Positions 47,560 to 58,200 of a stretch of DNA of 64,000 nt are shown here, piece after piece. Source of the stretch: Alphaproteobacteria bacterium. GTDB taxonomy: Bacteria > Pseudomonadota > Alphaproteobacteria > JAAXGF01. The translations under genes were made by a program, and so were the position numbers. The notes under the pieces were generated by a model. The model saw only the letters and a list, made by a program, of their open reading frames with translations. It was not told the origin of the DNA and searched no databases. Every line of letters begins with the position of its first letter. Position 1 is the first letter of the stretch. Location of the stretch: the NCBI GenBank assembly GCA_963555825.3, contig CAUVXB020000002.1:768001-832000 (forward strand), written 5' to 3'.

Positions 47560-48726
47560 ATGAGAAGTAATAAACGTCTAATTCGAACGACCGCCGCGTT
47601 GGCGCTGATCGCCGGCATCGCGGGCGGCTTGGCGCTGGCGGCGCCGTCGCCGGCGCGGGCAGCCGAAGAGATCGACATCGCCATCATCTCTTTCTCACCC
47701 TACGCGCCGTGGTACATCGTCAAGGAAAAGGGCTTGGCAAAGGGCCTCGACATCAACGTCCGCCTCATCGAGGACATCACGGCCAAGAACGCCGCCGTCA
47801 CCAGCGGTAGTGTGCCCTGTATGCTGAACACCCTCGACTCGGTTGTCGTAGCGCGCGCCGCCGGTGTGCCGCTCAAGGTCATCGCCGTACCGGCGATGTC
47901 CTACGGCCTCGACGAGATGGTGGTCGACGCCTCGATTACCTCGGTCGACCAGTTCCCGGGCAAGAGCTATGGCGCCGACTACGCCTTCCTAAACCACATG
48001 TGGATGCTGTTGACGCTTAAGAACGCGGGCCTCCCCCTCGATGCCCTGTCGCACAAGATCATGTTGCCCCAGGACAGCGCCGCTGCGTTCGTCAGCGGTG
48101 GCCTCGACATCGACGTCAATTACAAGCCGTTCTCCACGCAGTCACTGACGCGGTCGGGCGCCCATGCGCTCAAGACCAGCCTCACCGACCGGACATGGGA
48201 GCGCGGGTTGATTTCGGAAGCCATTGCCTGCAACGAGACCTGGCTCAAGGAAAACCCGGACACCGCCAAGGAGTTGCTGCGCGCCTGGTTCGAGGCCGTC
48301 GATTGGTGGAAAGAGAACCCGGTTGAAGGCAACGATTTAATTGCCAAAGGCCTCGACTGGCCGGTCGCCGATGTCAGGGAGACCCAATACGGCGCCATCA
48401 TGCTGAGCCTCGACCAAAACCTCGGTGCCTTCGGCATCGGCGGTGGCAAGCCGGTCTGCGCCAGCCTGCCCGACGGGGCGCCCGAGGGGCCCTCGGAGCC
48501 GAGCGGCTGGGGCGCCTCCCTGTTCGGCGGCCGACCGGATTGCGAGGCCGGCTATCTGCCCGCCACCTGGGACCTGTTCAATAGCGTCTACAGAGAGGCT
48601 GGGGTCGTCGACACCACCGCCATGGCCAGTGACGGTCTCGACACGAGCGTTCTGGAAGCACTCGTCGCCGACGGAATCGATAAGACGTACATGTCCAACG
48701 CCTGGATCGGGCGGGTCGGGCTGTAA
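47560..48726 (+). CDS. ABC transporter substrate-binding protein (NMT1/SsuA-like)
   Basis: Signal peptide, GGAGG RBS, operon position. Confidence 0.88.
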   Translation: MRSNKRLIRTTAALALIAGIAGGLALAAPSPARAAEEIDIAIISFSPYAPWYIVKEKGLAKGLDINVRLIEDITAKNAAVTSGSVPCMLNTLDSVVVARAAGVPLKVIAVPAMSYGLDEMVVDASITSVDQFPGKSYGADYAFLNHMWMLLTLKNAGLPLDALSHKIMLPQDSAAAFVSGGLDIDVNYKPFSTQSLTRSGAHALKTSLTDRTWERGLISEAIACNETWLKENPDTAKELLRAWFEAVDWWKENPVEGNDLIAKGLDWPVADVRETQYGAIMLSLDQNLGAFGIGGGKPVCASLPDGAPEGPSEPSGWGASLFGGRPDCEAGYLPATWDLFNSVYREAGVVDTTAMASDGLDTSVLEALVADGIDKTYMSNAWIGRVGL

Positions 48727-48800
48727 TCGCGAGCTGTCGATCGTAGACCGGGCGCTGGATCGCGGGATCCGGCGCCCGGGCAACGCGAGGAGATCATTCA

Positions 48801-49991
48801 ATGCCTGATCCAAAGACCGGCGAGCTGCGCGGCAACCGCAACCTCAATCGCTTGCGGCGCATTTCGCAGACCAAGCAGGACGAGGAGATCAAGCGCAACC
48901 TGGAACTCGGCCTCGAGGCCGCCGCCTCGATCAACGACCGGTCCATCTCGCTGTTCAGCCGCGGTCATCAACCCGCCTTCGCCGGTATCAACACCTTCCT
49001 GAAGATGCCCTACTGCGAAGACATCCGCAATGTCGGCGACTACGAGGCGGCGTTCGTCGGCGTGCCGTTCGACACCGGCACGACCTACCGGCCCGGCACC
49101 CGTTTCGGGCCGCAGGCGGTGCGGCGGATTTCGGCCGTCTACGACGGCTATTCGGTCGACGGCGGCGTCGATCTCTTCGAGGAGCTCGACATCTGCGACG
49201 CCGGCGACGTGTTCGTCATCCCGGGCAACATCGAGAAAACCTTCGACCAGGTTTCGAAGGCGATCTCGCACATCTACACCTCGGGCGCCTTCCCGGTGAT
49301 CTGCGGCGGCGACCACAGCCTCGGCTATCCCAACGTGCGCGGCATCGCGCCGCATATCGAGGGCAACGTCGGCATCATCCATTTCGACCGGCATATCGAC
49401 ATGCAGGACATGGACATGGACGAGCGCATGCACACCACGCCGTGGTTCTGGACTTCCAATGCTCACGAGAGCGTCGACGTCCACGGCACGCACCGCGACC
49501 ACAGCCATATGCACGACATCGGCCTCGACAACTGCCCGCCAAAGAACCTGGTGCAGATCGGCATCGGCGGCTGGTACGGCTCGCGGCCCGGCTCCGAGGT
49601 CGCCAACGAGCGCGGCACCAGCGTCATGACCATGAAGGATGTCGAGGAGCTGGGCGTCCAGAAGGCCGCCGAGATGGCGCTCGAGCTTGCCTGGAAGGAC
49701 GCCGTGGCGGTCTATCTGTCGTTCGATATCGACTCGATCGATCCCGGTTTCGCGCCCGGCACCGGCACCCCCGAGCCCGGCGGCTTCTTGCCCCGCGAGG
49801 CGCTCGAGATGGTCCGCCTGATCGCCCGCGAGGGATTGTGCGGCATGGAAGTGGTCGAGGTCTCGCCGCCCTACGACGTCAACGACAACACCTCGCAGCT
49901 CGCCTGCCGGGTCATGCTCGACGTCCTCGGTACGATGGTCGTCGAAGGCAAGCTCGGCCACCGCGACCGGGTCATGGCGGCCGAGGACTGA
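48801..49991 (+). CDS. Ureohydrolase resembling guanidine hydrolase GdmH, with a His-rich insertion
   Basis: AGINTFLK, TTYRPGTRFGPQ, GGDHS, HFDRHID, DERMHT, SFDIDSID and EVSPPYD. Confidence 0.85.
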   Translation: MPDPKTGELRGNRNLNRLRRISQTKQDEEIKRNLELGLEAAASINDRSISLFSRGHQPAFAGINTFLKMPYCEDIRNVGDYEAAFVGVPFDTGTTYRPGTRFGPQAVRRISAVYDGYSVDGGVDLFEELDICDAGDVFVIPGNIEKTFDQVSKAISHIYTSGAFPVICGGDHSLGYPNVRGIAPHIEGNVGIIHFDRHIDMQDMDMDERMHTTPWFWTSNAHESVDVHGTHRDHSHMHDIGLDNCPPKNLVQIGIGGWYGSRPGSEVANERGTSVMTMKDVEELGVQKAAEMALELAWKDAVAVYLSFDIDSIDPGFAPGTGTPEPGGFLPREALEMVRLIAREGLCGMEVVEVSPPYDVNDNTSQLACRVMLDVLGTMVVEGKLGHRDRVMAAED

Positions 49992-50030
49992 CATGGCGGG
50001 TGTCGCGGCCGGACGTGATCGCTGTCCGAC

Positions 50031-50720
50031 ATGATTGGCGCGCTGCTTCTCGGCCTGCTGCTCGGCATGCAGCATGCGCTCGAAGCCGACCATTTGGCGG
50101 CGGTGGCGAGCCTGGCGACGAGCGCTCGCTCGCGGCGCGGCATCCTGCGCCACGGCGTCAGCTGGGGCGTCGGCCATATGCTGACGCTCGCGGTCTTCGC
50201 CGGCGCGGTCATCGTCTCGGAACGCACCATCGGCGGCGCCCTCGCCGGCTGGCTGGAAGGCGCCGTCGGCGTCATGTTGGTGCTGCTCGGCGCCAGCGTG
50301 CTGCGCCGCCTCTATCGCGGTCGCATCCACTTCCACGTCCACGACCACGCCGACGACCGGGTCCACCTCCACGCCCACTCCCACGCCGACGACGCGGCGC
50401 CGCACCAGCACTCGACGCACGACCACGAGCATCCACGCGGCGTTCCGTTGCGCAGCCTCGCGGTCGGCATGATGCACGGCCTGGCGGGCTCGGCCGCGCT
50501 GGTCGTGCTGGCGGCGACCGCGCTCAGCTCACCGCTCGAGGGCTTGATCTACGTCGCCCTGTTCGGGCTCGGCTCGGTCGGCGGCATGGCGCTGCTGTCG
50601 TTCGCGATCGCCATCCCGATGCGCCTCACGGCCAACGTCCTGACCTGGACGCACCGCGGCCTGCAGGGCGGCATCGGTTGCGCCACGATCGTCCTGGGCG
50701 GCGTCATCATCCTCGGCTAG
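50031..50720 (+). CDS. Nickel/cobalt permease-like protein (NiCoT/UreH-type)
   Basis: HALEADH signature, His-rich loop, and GMMHGLAGSA. Confidence 0.85.
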   Translation: MIGALLLGLLLGMQHALEADHLAAVASLATSARSRRGILRHGVSWGVGHMLTLAVFAGAVIVSERTIGGALAGWLEGAVGVMLVLLGASVLRRLYRGRIHFHVHDHADDRVHLHAHSHADDAAPHQHSTHDHEHPRGVPLRSLAVGMMHGLAGSAALVVLAATALSSPLEGLIYVALFGLGSVGGMALLSFAIAIPMRLTANVLTWTHRGLQGGIGCATIVLGGVIILG

Positions 50721-51748
50721 TCGGCGTCGGCGTCGAGCTCGGGATCGGACACCGTGCCGCGGTGCGCTCGGCGGTATTCGTAGGCGTCGGTGATCATGCT
50801 CTCGGTCCATAGGCCGCAGTTGGTCGGCGGGTAGCGCGCGGGATTGCCCGGGCCGGTACAGCCCGGCAGCGTGCGCACCACCGTCCTGTAGTTGGCGCCG
50901 AAGAAGAACGGCATCGAATAGCGCGCGCGGTCCGCCGTGTTGATCACCCGGTGCGGCGTCGAGACGAACCGTCCGTTGGTCCAGCGCATCATCATGTCGC
51001 CGATGTTGACCACGAATGTGCCGGGGATCGGCGGCGCCTCGACCCAGTCGCCCGCCCTGTGGCCGACCTGGAGACCGCCGGCGTCGTCCTGCCACAGGAT
51101 CGTGAAGCACTCGTAATCGGTGTGTGGACCGATGCCGATCCGTTTCGGCTCGATCGGGCCCTGGCGCGACGGATAGTAGATCAACCGCAACTGCGCCATC
51201 GGCTTGTCGATATTGTCCTCGAAGAAGTCCTCGGGCAGGTCGAGGGCCATTGCGAACGCGCGGAACAGAAAGTGGCCGAGGTCGAGGACCCGCTCGAAGT
51301 AGCCGTAGACTGCGGGCCGGAACGACGGCAGCGCCGCGGGCCAGACGTTCGGCCCGTACATGATGTTGCCGGCCAGGTAGTCCGGGTCTTCGTCGCCCAG
51401 CTCCAACGAGACCTCGTAGCCTTCCTGAAAATCCACCTCGGCCGTCGGACCGGCATAAAGCCCGCCCAAGGGGACGTAACCGCGGTGGCGCTGGAGTTTC
51501 GCGATGTCGAGATCCATCTTGGCCTCGAGCGGCAGCGCGAAGAAGTCCCGCATCGCCATCTGCGCGCCGTCGATCACCGTCTGCGGGATGCGATGGTTCT
51601 TGACGTAGAAGAAGCCGACGTTCCGGCAGGCGTCGTCGAGCGCCTCGGCGACCGTCAATTTGTCGCGACGGTCGCCGAGAATCAGACCGTCGATGTCGAT
51701 GACCGGAATCTCGTCGTCCCGGATCGATCGTGCGTCGAGGTCAGCCAT
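50717..51748 (-). CDS. 2-oxoglutarate/Fe(II) dioxygenase (isopenicillin N synthase family)
   Basis: IPVIDI, GFFYVKNH, HTD..H triad and RYS. Confidence 0.93.
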   Translation of the reverse strand: MADLDARSIRDDEIPVIDIDGLILGDRRDKLTVAEALDDACRNVGFFYVKNHRIPQTVIDGAQMAMRDFFALPLEAKMDLDIAKLQRHRGYVPLGGLYAGPTAEVDFQEGYEVSLELGDEDPDYLAGNIMYGPNVWPAALPSFRPAVYGYFERVLDLGHFLFRAFAMALDLPEDFFEDNIDKPMAQLRLIYYPSRQGPIEPKRIGIGPHTDYECFTILWQDDAGGLQVGHRAGDWVEAPPIPGTFVVNIGDMMMRWTNGRFVSTPHRVINTADRARYSMPFFFGANYRTVVRTLPGCTGPGNPARYPPTNCGLWTESMITDAYEYRRAHRGTVSDPELDADAD

Positions 51749-53168
51749 GCCGAACCGAAGCGATCGCAGGCCGTCCCGTGAGCGGCCGCCGCGCCTCGAT
51801 CGCTCGGGCGACGCGGAACACGGTGACGTCGTCGTAGGGCCGCCCGGCGATCTGCACGCTGGTCGGCAGGCCGCCCGTCGTCATGCCCGACGGCACGGCG
51901 AGCACCGGGCAGCGGCCGAACATGTTGAACAACCCGGTCATCGCCCAGTCGCTCGCGCCGACCGGCTTGCCGTTGACGCGCAGGCTGTCGTCCCAGGGTT
52001 TCATGTCGGCGGCGACCTCGTGGGTCGCGACGGTCGGGCAGACGAAGGCATCGAAGCTGCGGAACAGCGGCCCAAGATGTTCCCACCAGACGCGCCCCGC
52101 GACGGTCATCGCGCGGTGGAAGTCGGCCGCCGTGACGGCTTCGTTGTAGCGCGCGAAATAGGGCGTGTAGTCGCATACCAGGTCAGCGTGGTCGCGCACC
52201 GCGGCGGTGAAGTCGTCGGCGTAGATATGCGCGCCCCAGGCATGCGACGCCTCGACCGCCTCGCCGGCCCAGTCGACCGCGACCTCGCTGACCACCGCAC
52301 CGGCCTCGGCGAGCGCCGCGACGGCGGCCGCGGTCTCACGGCGGACATCGGCATGCACCTCATAGCAGCCGAGGTCGATCGAATAGGCGATCCGCAAACC
52401 GGCGATGCCCTTCGGCTCGCCAGGGATGCGCAGCTTGGGCCGCACCGTGTTGTGATCGAGCGGATGCGGGCCGGCCATGGCGTTCTGCATCAGCGCGCAG
52501 TCGGCCACCGTGCGGGCCATCGGGCCAATGTGGAAATAGGCGTCGTTGTTGTAGGCCGCGACGTTGGGGTTGCGCCCGAACGGCGGTTTGAAGCCGACGA
52601 CACCGCACAGCGCTGCCGGGTGGCGGATCGAGCCGGCGCTGTCCGAGCCGGTCGCCAGCGACGTCGTGCCGGCGGCCAGCGCGGCGCCCGAACCGCCCGA
52701 CGACGAGCCGGAAGTGAACGCCGGGTTCCACGGATTGCGCGTCACGCCATAGCGCTTGGAATAGCACACCCAGGGCCAGACGAACTCGGGGCAGGTGGTG
52801 CGCGCATGCACGATCGCGCCGGCGCGGATCAGCCGCCCGACCGAGGGGTTGGTCGGCCCCGTCACCTGGTTGGCGGGCACCAGCGAGCCGGCGGTGCCCG
52901 GCTTGCCGGCGATCGCCGTGTCGTCCTTGACCGCGAGCGGCAGGCCCTCGAGCGAGCGCGGCCGGCCATCGGTCTTGGCGTATTTCGCCTCGGCCTTCTT
53001 CGCCCGCGCCATCGCCTCGTCGAAGTAGCGCGCGGCGAAGGCGTTGATCACCGGCTCGACCGCCTCGGCGCGGGCGATCACCGCGGCCATCAGCTCGACC
53101 GGCGACAGCGCGCGGCGCTTGAAGCGCGCCAGCGCCTCGGCGGCCGGCATGTAATGGAGATCGGCCAC
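51741..53168 (-). CDS. Amidase-signature family protein
   Basis: AVKD, GSSSGGS and GSDSAGSIR; GTG start at 53168. Confidence 0.92.
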   Translation of the reverse strand: MADLHYMPAAEALARFKRRALSPVELMAAVIARAEAVEPVINAFAARYFDEAMARAKKAEAKYAKTDGRPRSLEGLPLAVKDDTAIAGKPGTAGSLVPANQVTGPTNPSVGRLIRAGAIVHARTTCPEFVWPWVCYSKRYGVTRNPWNPAFTSGSSSGGSGAALAAGTTSLATGSDSAGSIRHPAALCGVVGFKPPFGRNPNVAAYNNDAYFHIGPMARTVADCALMQNAMAGPHPLDHNTVRPKLRIPGEPKGIAGLRIAYSIDLGCYEVHADVRRETAAAVAALAEAGAVVSEVAVDWAGEAVEASHAWGAHIYADDFTAAVRDHADLVCDYTPYFARYNEAVTAADFHRAMTVAGRVWWEHLGPLFRSFDAFVCPTVATHEVAADMKPWDDSLRVNGKPVGASDWAMTGLFNMFGRCPVLAVPSGMTTGGLPTSVQIAGRPYDDVTVFRVARAIEARRPLTGRPAIASVRHG

Positions 53169-53179
53169 GGCGTCCCCCT

Positions 53180-54370
53180 TCAGTCCGCGCCGCACACGGC
53201 GAGCGCGCTGAGATAGTAGACCTTCGCGGCGGTCAGGAAATCGGCGACCGCGATGCTCTCGTCCGGCTGGTTGATGTCGTCGACCTTGCCGGGCCCGTAG
53301 ATCACCGTCGGGATGCCGGCGCGCAGCAGGTGCGAGGCGTCGGTGCCGAAGAACACCTGCGGTATCAGCGGGCCGATGTGGGGCGCCGCGCCGCACACCG
53401 CCTGATGGACCGCGGCGACGGTGCGGACGATCGGTTCGTCGTGTGCCACGCGGTAGGGGTACTGCTGGCAGAACGCCGGCGGCTGCAACAGCTCGACCGC
53501 CACAGTGCCCGTCTCGACTCCCTCGATCGCGCGCTCGATGTCGGCCTTTACCCCGCCGGGCGTCATGCCCGGCACGGTGCGGACGTCGATCAGCGCCTCG
53601 GCCTGCGCGGCGAGCATCGACGGTACGCCGCCGCCCGCAATCGAACCGACGTTGAGCGTCGGCAGGCCGGGAAACTCGTCGTGCGGCTCGAAGCGCAGCA
53701 CGCCTTCGTCGAGCGCGCCGAGCGTCGCGACCAGGCCGTCGATCGCGTTGCGGCCGGCGGAACGCTGGCAAATGTGGGCGCTCACGCCCGACACGCGGAG
53801 CCTGAGCTGGGTGACACCCGCATGCGCCGTCAACAGGTTGAGGTCGGTCGGCTCGCCGTTGATCGCCGCGTCCGCCGTGACGCCTTGGCCGAGCATATGG
53901 GTGGTGCCAAGGCCGAGCGCATCGCATTCGCCGATCACGGCCGAGAGGACGACGCGGCCGCCGAGGCCGTCGGTGTCGCGCGCGAGCGCCGCCATGCAGC
54001 CGATCATGGCGCCGACCGCGGCCTTCATGTTGTTGATCTCGGCGCCGAACAGCCGGTCGCCGATGCGCCGCGGCGTATAGGGATCGGCGGTCCCGCCGAC
54101 GGGCACCGGCAGGGTGTCGAGGTGGCCGTTGAACAACAAGACGGGCCCCGGCCGGCCACTATCCAGCGTCGCGATCACGTTGCGCCGGCCGGCCAGCACT
54201 TCCTGCTCGACGACGTCGAGGCCGAGGCCGCGCAACGCGTCGGCGGCCCAGCGCGAGATCGCGTCTTCCGCGCCCGAGACGCTCGGCTGCGACACCAGCG
54301 CCTCGACCGCGCCGATGACCTCGCTCTCGTCGATCGCGGCGGTGCGCGCGGTGTCGGGAAACCCTGTCAT
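53180..54370 (-). CDS. M20-family hydrolase (ArgE/DapE-like, variant ligands)
   Basis: FNGHLDT, NNMKA, GEC, GEPT and FGTDA. Confidence 0.85.
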   Translation of the reverse strand: MTGFPDTARTAAIDESEVIGAVEALVSQPSVSGAEDAISRWAADALRGLGLDVVEQEVLAGRRNVIATLDSGRPGPVLLFNGHLDTLPVPVGGTADPYTPRRIGDRLFGAEINNMKAAVGAMIGCMAALARDTDGLGGRVVLSAVIGECDALGLGTTHMLGQGVTADAAINGEPTDLNLLTAHAGVTQLRLRVSGVSAHICQRSAGRNAIDGLVATLGALDEGVLRFEPHDEFPGLPTLNVGSIAGGGVPSMLAAQAEALIDVRTVPGMTPGGVKADIERAIEGVETGTVAVELLQPPAFCQQYPYRVAHDEPIVRTVAAVHQAVCGAAPHIGPLIPQVFFGTDASHLLRAGIPTVIYGPGKVDDINQPDESIAVADFLTAAKVYYLSALAVCGAD

Positions 54371-54907
54371 GCCGTGCATTATCGCCAAATTCGACGCGAA
54401 GTGACAGCCGGCTTGCAAGCGATTATTCTTCATCGCCCCGCACCATCGCCCACCGAGCAGCGCCCGTATGTCCGCCAGCTTTCCGCATCTCTTCTCGCCG
54501 CTCACCCTCGGGCCGCTGACGATCAAGAACCGGATATTCTCGACCGGCCACATGACCATGATGGTCGAGCATGGCAAGCCGACCGACGACCTGGTCGCCT
54601 ATCATGCGGCGCGCGCGGCGGGCGGCGCCGGGCTGATCATCACCGAGGCGGCGCGCGTCCACGCCTCGGGGGTGTCTGGCGGTAGCGCGCTCGATGCGTC
54701 GCGTGACGACTGCATCGAAGGATACGGCCGCATCGCCCGGGCGGTGCACGCGCATGGCTGCGCCGTGTTCGGCCAGCTGACCCATTCTGGCCGGGTGATG
54801 TACACCTCGGGCGACGGCACCCGGCCGGTCCCTTACGCGCCATCGACGCTGCCCGACGAGCGCTTCCACAACATGCCGCGCGCGATGCCGGTTTCGATGA
54901 TCCACGA

Positions 54908-56561
54908 GGGTGTGGGTCTGGTATGGAAAATCTAAGTCATTGATTTAGTGCGTTTTTTGTGTCGAGACGAACGGCCGAAATCGGCTATTCGTGACAATGG
55001 GCCGCTCCAAGGCAGGATTTTGTCACGACGGCAGGGTCGAGCAGGGGAAGGTGGGAACGCTCCGCACCGCCAGAAGCGGTACGATGCCGTGTCTCGAAAC
55101 CCAACATCGGGAGCATTCCCATGGCAGTATCCCCGCCTCCGGCGCCTTCGTCCATCGATCTTTCCGGCCTGCCTCCTCGGGTCGTCGAGGCGGCCGCCCG
55201 GGTGCTCGCACTGTGTCGCGAGGAGCTTCGTTCCGAGCCGCGCCCCGAGGCGCCCGAGGAGGTCGAGTTGCGGGTGCGTGAGGCCACGAACGAGTTCGCT
55301 CGCGATGTCATGGGCGCCGTCATCGAGAACCGGGACGATGGCGCTTCCCGGATCGAGCGGGACGGGCAGAGCTGGTTCCGGGTCGCGGTGACGCCGAAGA
55401 CGATCATGACCTCGCTCGGTCCGGTGACCTACCGGCGAGCGCGTTACCGCAGCGGCGCGAGCGGGGCATCGCCGGTGCCGGTCGACGAGAGCCTGGGCCT
55501 CGTCGACGATTACCTGACGCGGCCGGCGGCCGAGCTCGGTCTGCTGATGATGGGTCACTGCACGGCCCGGGAAGCGGCGGCGTTCTTTGCGAAGACCGGC
55601 GCCATGACGCCGTCGGTGAGCACCCTGCAGCGCCTGACCCTGAGCATGCACGAATGCTGGGAGAGCCTCGGCCCGGAGACGCTGGGCAGCATCCGTGAGG
55701 CCGAGGGCATACCGCAGGACGCGACCACCGCCTCGGTCTCCCTCGACGGCGTCATGGTGCCGCTGAGACCCGGCGAGGACGGTCGCGCCAAGGCCTCCTG
55801 GCGCGAGGCTGCCTGCGGCACGGTCTCCTTCCACGACGCCGAGGGCAAGCGCCTGAAGACCCTCTATCTCGGCCGCATGCCGGAGAGCGGCAAGCTCACG
55901 CTGAAGGCGCAGCTTGCAAGCGAAGTCGCACACATCAGGCGAGCACGCCCCGAGATCGGGATCGTCGCTATCGCCGATGGCGCCGCCGACAACTGGACCT
56001 TCCTGGAGACCCTGTCGCCCGAAACCGAGGTGATCGACTTCTGGCATGCTTGCGAACATCTGCAAACCGCGTCCGACCATGCCGTGGCGCCCGGCTGGTT
56101 CGAGAAGTACCGCGAGATCCTCCGTCACGATCCCCGTGGCGTCGCCAAGGTGATCCGGGCGCTGCGCCACCTTCGCGATGCCGCCGCTGCGCCGGACCGG
56201 GCCGAGACCGAGCGGGAACTCGCCTTCTTCCGCAAGCATCGCCATCGCATGCGCTACCACGCCCTGAAGGAAGAGGGCATCGCCATCGGCTCAGGCGTGG
56301 TCGAAGCTGCCAACAAGACCCTGGTGACACAGCGCATGAAGCGCTCCGGCATGCGCTGGCGGATCGTCGGCGGACAGGCTGTTCTGACCTTCCGCGCCCT
56401 GATCAAATCCGGCCGCTTCGAGCGGGCATGGAAGGCCCTGATCAGCGCAACCGACACACCGGCCAACGACAACATCAGTCCACGTGCAGCAGCCATGGCA
56501 ATCGCTGCCTGAACTCAACGAACCAAGCCGCAGACATCACTGCCATGCGAGACTCGCACCC
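54908..56561 (+). mobile_element. ISKra4/ISLre2-like (Mutator-like) insertion sequence
   Basis: IRs GGGTGTGGGTCTGGTATGG and GGGTGCGAGTCTCGCATGG; 8-bp duplication ATCCACGA at 54900-07 and 56562-69. Confidence 0.9.
55121..56512 (+). CDS. ISKra4-like transposase
   Basis: SLDG, ADGA, DFWHACEHL and IGSGVVEAANK..RMKRSGMRW. Confidence 0.9.
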   Translation: MAVSPPPAPSSIDLSGLPPRVVEAAARVLALCREELRSEPRPEAPEEVELRVREATNEFARDVMGAVIENRDDGASRIERDGQSWFRVAVTPKTIMTSLGPVTYRRARYRSGASGASPVPVDESLGLVDDYLTRPAAELGLLMMGHCTAREAAAFFAKTGAMTPSVSTLQRLTLSMHECWESLGPETLGSIREAEGIPQDATTASVSLDGVMVPLRPGEDGRAKASWREAACGTVSFHDAEGKRLKTLYLGRMPESGKLTLKAQLASEVAHIRRARPEIGIVAIADGAADNWTFLETLSPETEVIDFWHACEHLQTASDHAVAPGWFEKYREILRHDPRGVAKVIRALRHLRDAAAAPDRAETERELAFFRKHRHRMRYHALKEEGIAIGSGVVEAANKTLVTQRMKRSGMRWRIVGGQAVLTFRALIKSGRFERAWKALISATDTPANDNISPRAAAMAIAA

Positions 56562-58200
56562 ATCCACGAGGTCGTCGGCGCCCACGGCGCGGCGGCGCGG
56601 CGCATGACGCGCGCCGGGCTCGACGGCGTCGAGGTGTTGGCGAGCCATGGCCTGCTGCCGGCGCAGTTCCTCAACCCCCTGGTCAATCGGCGCGACGACG
56701 ACTACGGCGGCAGCCCGGGGAACCGCCTGCGCTTCCTGCGCGAGGTCGCCGACGCGGTGCGCGCCGCGGTCGGGCCCGACACGGTGCTCGGCCTGCGCAT
56801 CTCGGGCGACGAGATGCAGCACGACGGGCTGACGCCCGACATCGTCATCGACGTGCTGGAGGCGCTCGATGCCGACGGGGTGTTCGACTATTTCAACGTC
56901 ATCGCCGGTTCGATGTCAGGCCTCGCCGGCTCGGTCCATGTCGTGCCGCCGATGTTCATCGACACCGCCTACGTCGCGCCCTTCGCGGCGACGGTCAAGG
57001 CCGTGACCGGCCGTCCGGTGTTCGTCGCCGGGCGCATCAACCAGCCGCAGATCGCCGAGCAGGTCATCGCCTCGGGCCAGGCCGATATGTGCGGCATGAC
57101 GCGGGCGATGATCTGCGACCCGGCGATGGCCGGCAAGGCGGCGGCCGGGCGCAGCGACGACATCCGCGCCTGCATCGGCTGCAACCAGGCGTGCATCGGC
57201 CATATGCAGACCGGCTATCCGATCTCCTGCATACAGTTCCCCGAGAGCGGGCGAGAGCGGACCTACGGCACGCGTGTGCCGGCCGAAACCCGGCGCAAGG
57301 TGCTGGTCGCCGGCGGCGGCCCGGCGGGCATGAAGGCAGCCGCCGTCGCCGCCGAACGCGGCCACGCTGTGACGCTTTACGAGCGCGCGGCGCGGCTCGG
57401 TGGCCAGGCGCTGCTGGCCCAGCTCCTGCCGCGCCGCGCCGAGTTCGGCGGCATCGTCACCAACTTGGCGCGCGAGATGGAACTGGCCGGCGTCACCGTG
57501 GTCAAGAACAGCGAGGTAACGGCGGCGCTGATCGACGCCGAGGCGCCCGACGCCGTGATCGTCGCGACCGGCGCCGCGCCCTACCGCCCGGCCATCGAGG
57601 GCGCCGACGACGGCCATGTCGTCGACGCCTGGCAGGTGCTGAACGGCGAGGTCAACGTCGGCCAATCGGTCGTCGTCGCCGATTGGCGCTGCGACTGGGT
57701 CGGCTTGGGATTGGCCGAGAAGCTGGTGCGCGACGGCTGCCACGTGCGCCTCGCGGTCAACGGCACCATGGCGGGCCAGAGCCTGCAGCAATACGTCCGC
57801 GACCACTGGGTCGGCGAACTGCACACCCTCGGCGTCGAGATAATCCCCTACGCGCGCGTCTTCGGCATCGATGCCGACACGGTCTATCTGCAGCACACGG
57901 CGAGCGGCGAGCCGATCCTGTGCGAGGCCGTCGACACGCTGGTCACCGCGCTCGGACACACGCCCGAAACGACGCTCGAGGCCGCGCTGGCCGATTACCC
58001 GGGCGACGTCCAGCTGGCCGGCGACTGCCTCAGCCCGCGCACCGCCGAGGAAGCCGTCCTCGAAGGCCTCAAGGCCGGCTGCGCGGTCTGACGGCCATGG
58101 CCGCCTCGCGTGCGGCACCTCGAAGCGGCCCGCCGCGATTGATCACCGCCCGATTGCCGGGCATTGTCCTGGGACCGGGCCGAATTAGGGAGGCGACAGC

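Larger units (their letters stand above)
54468..58091 (+). pseudogene. OYE-family NADH:flavin oxidoreductase with Fe-S/FAD C-terminal domain, split by an IS
   Basis: 54468-54907 rejoins 56570-58091 in frame (ATC CAC GAG GTC); motifs CIGCNQAC and GGGPAGM. Confidence 0.92.
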
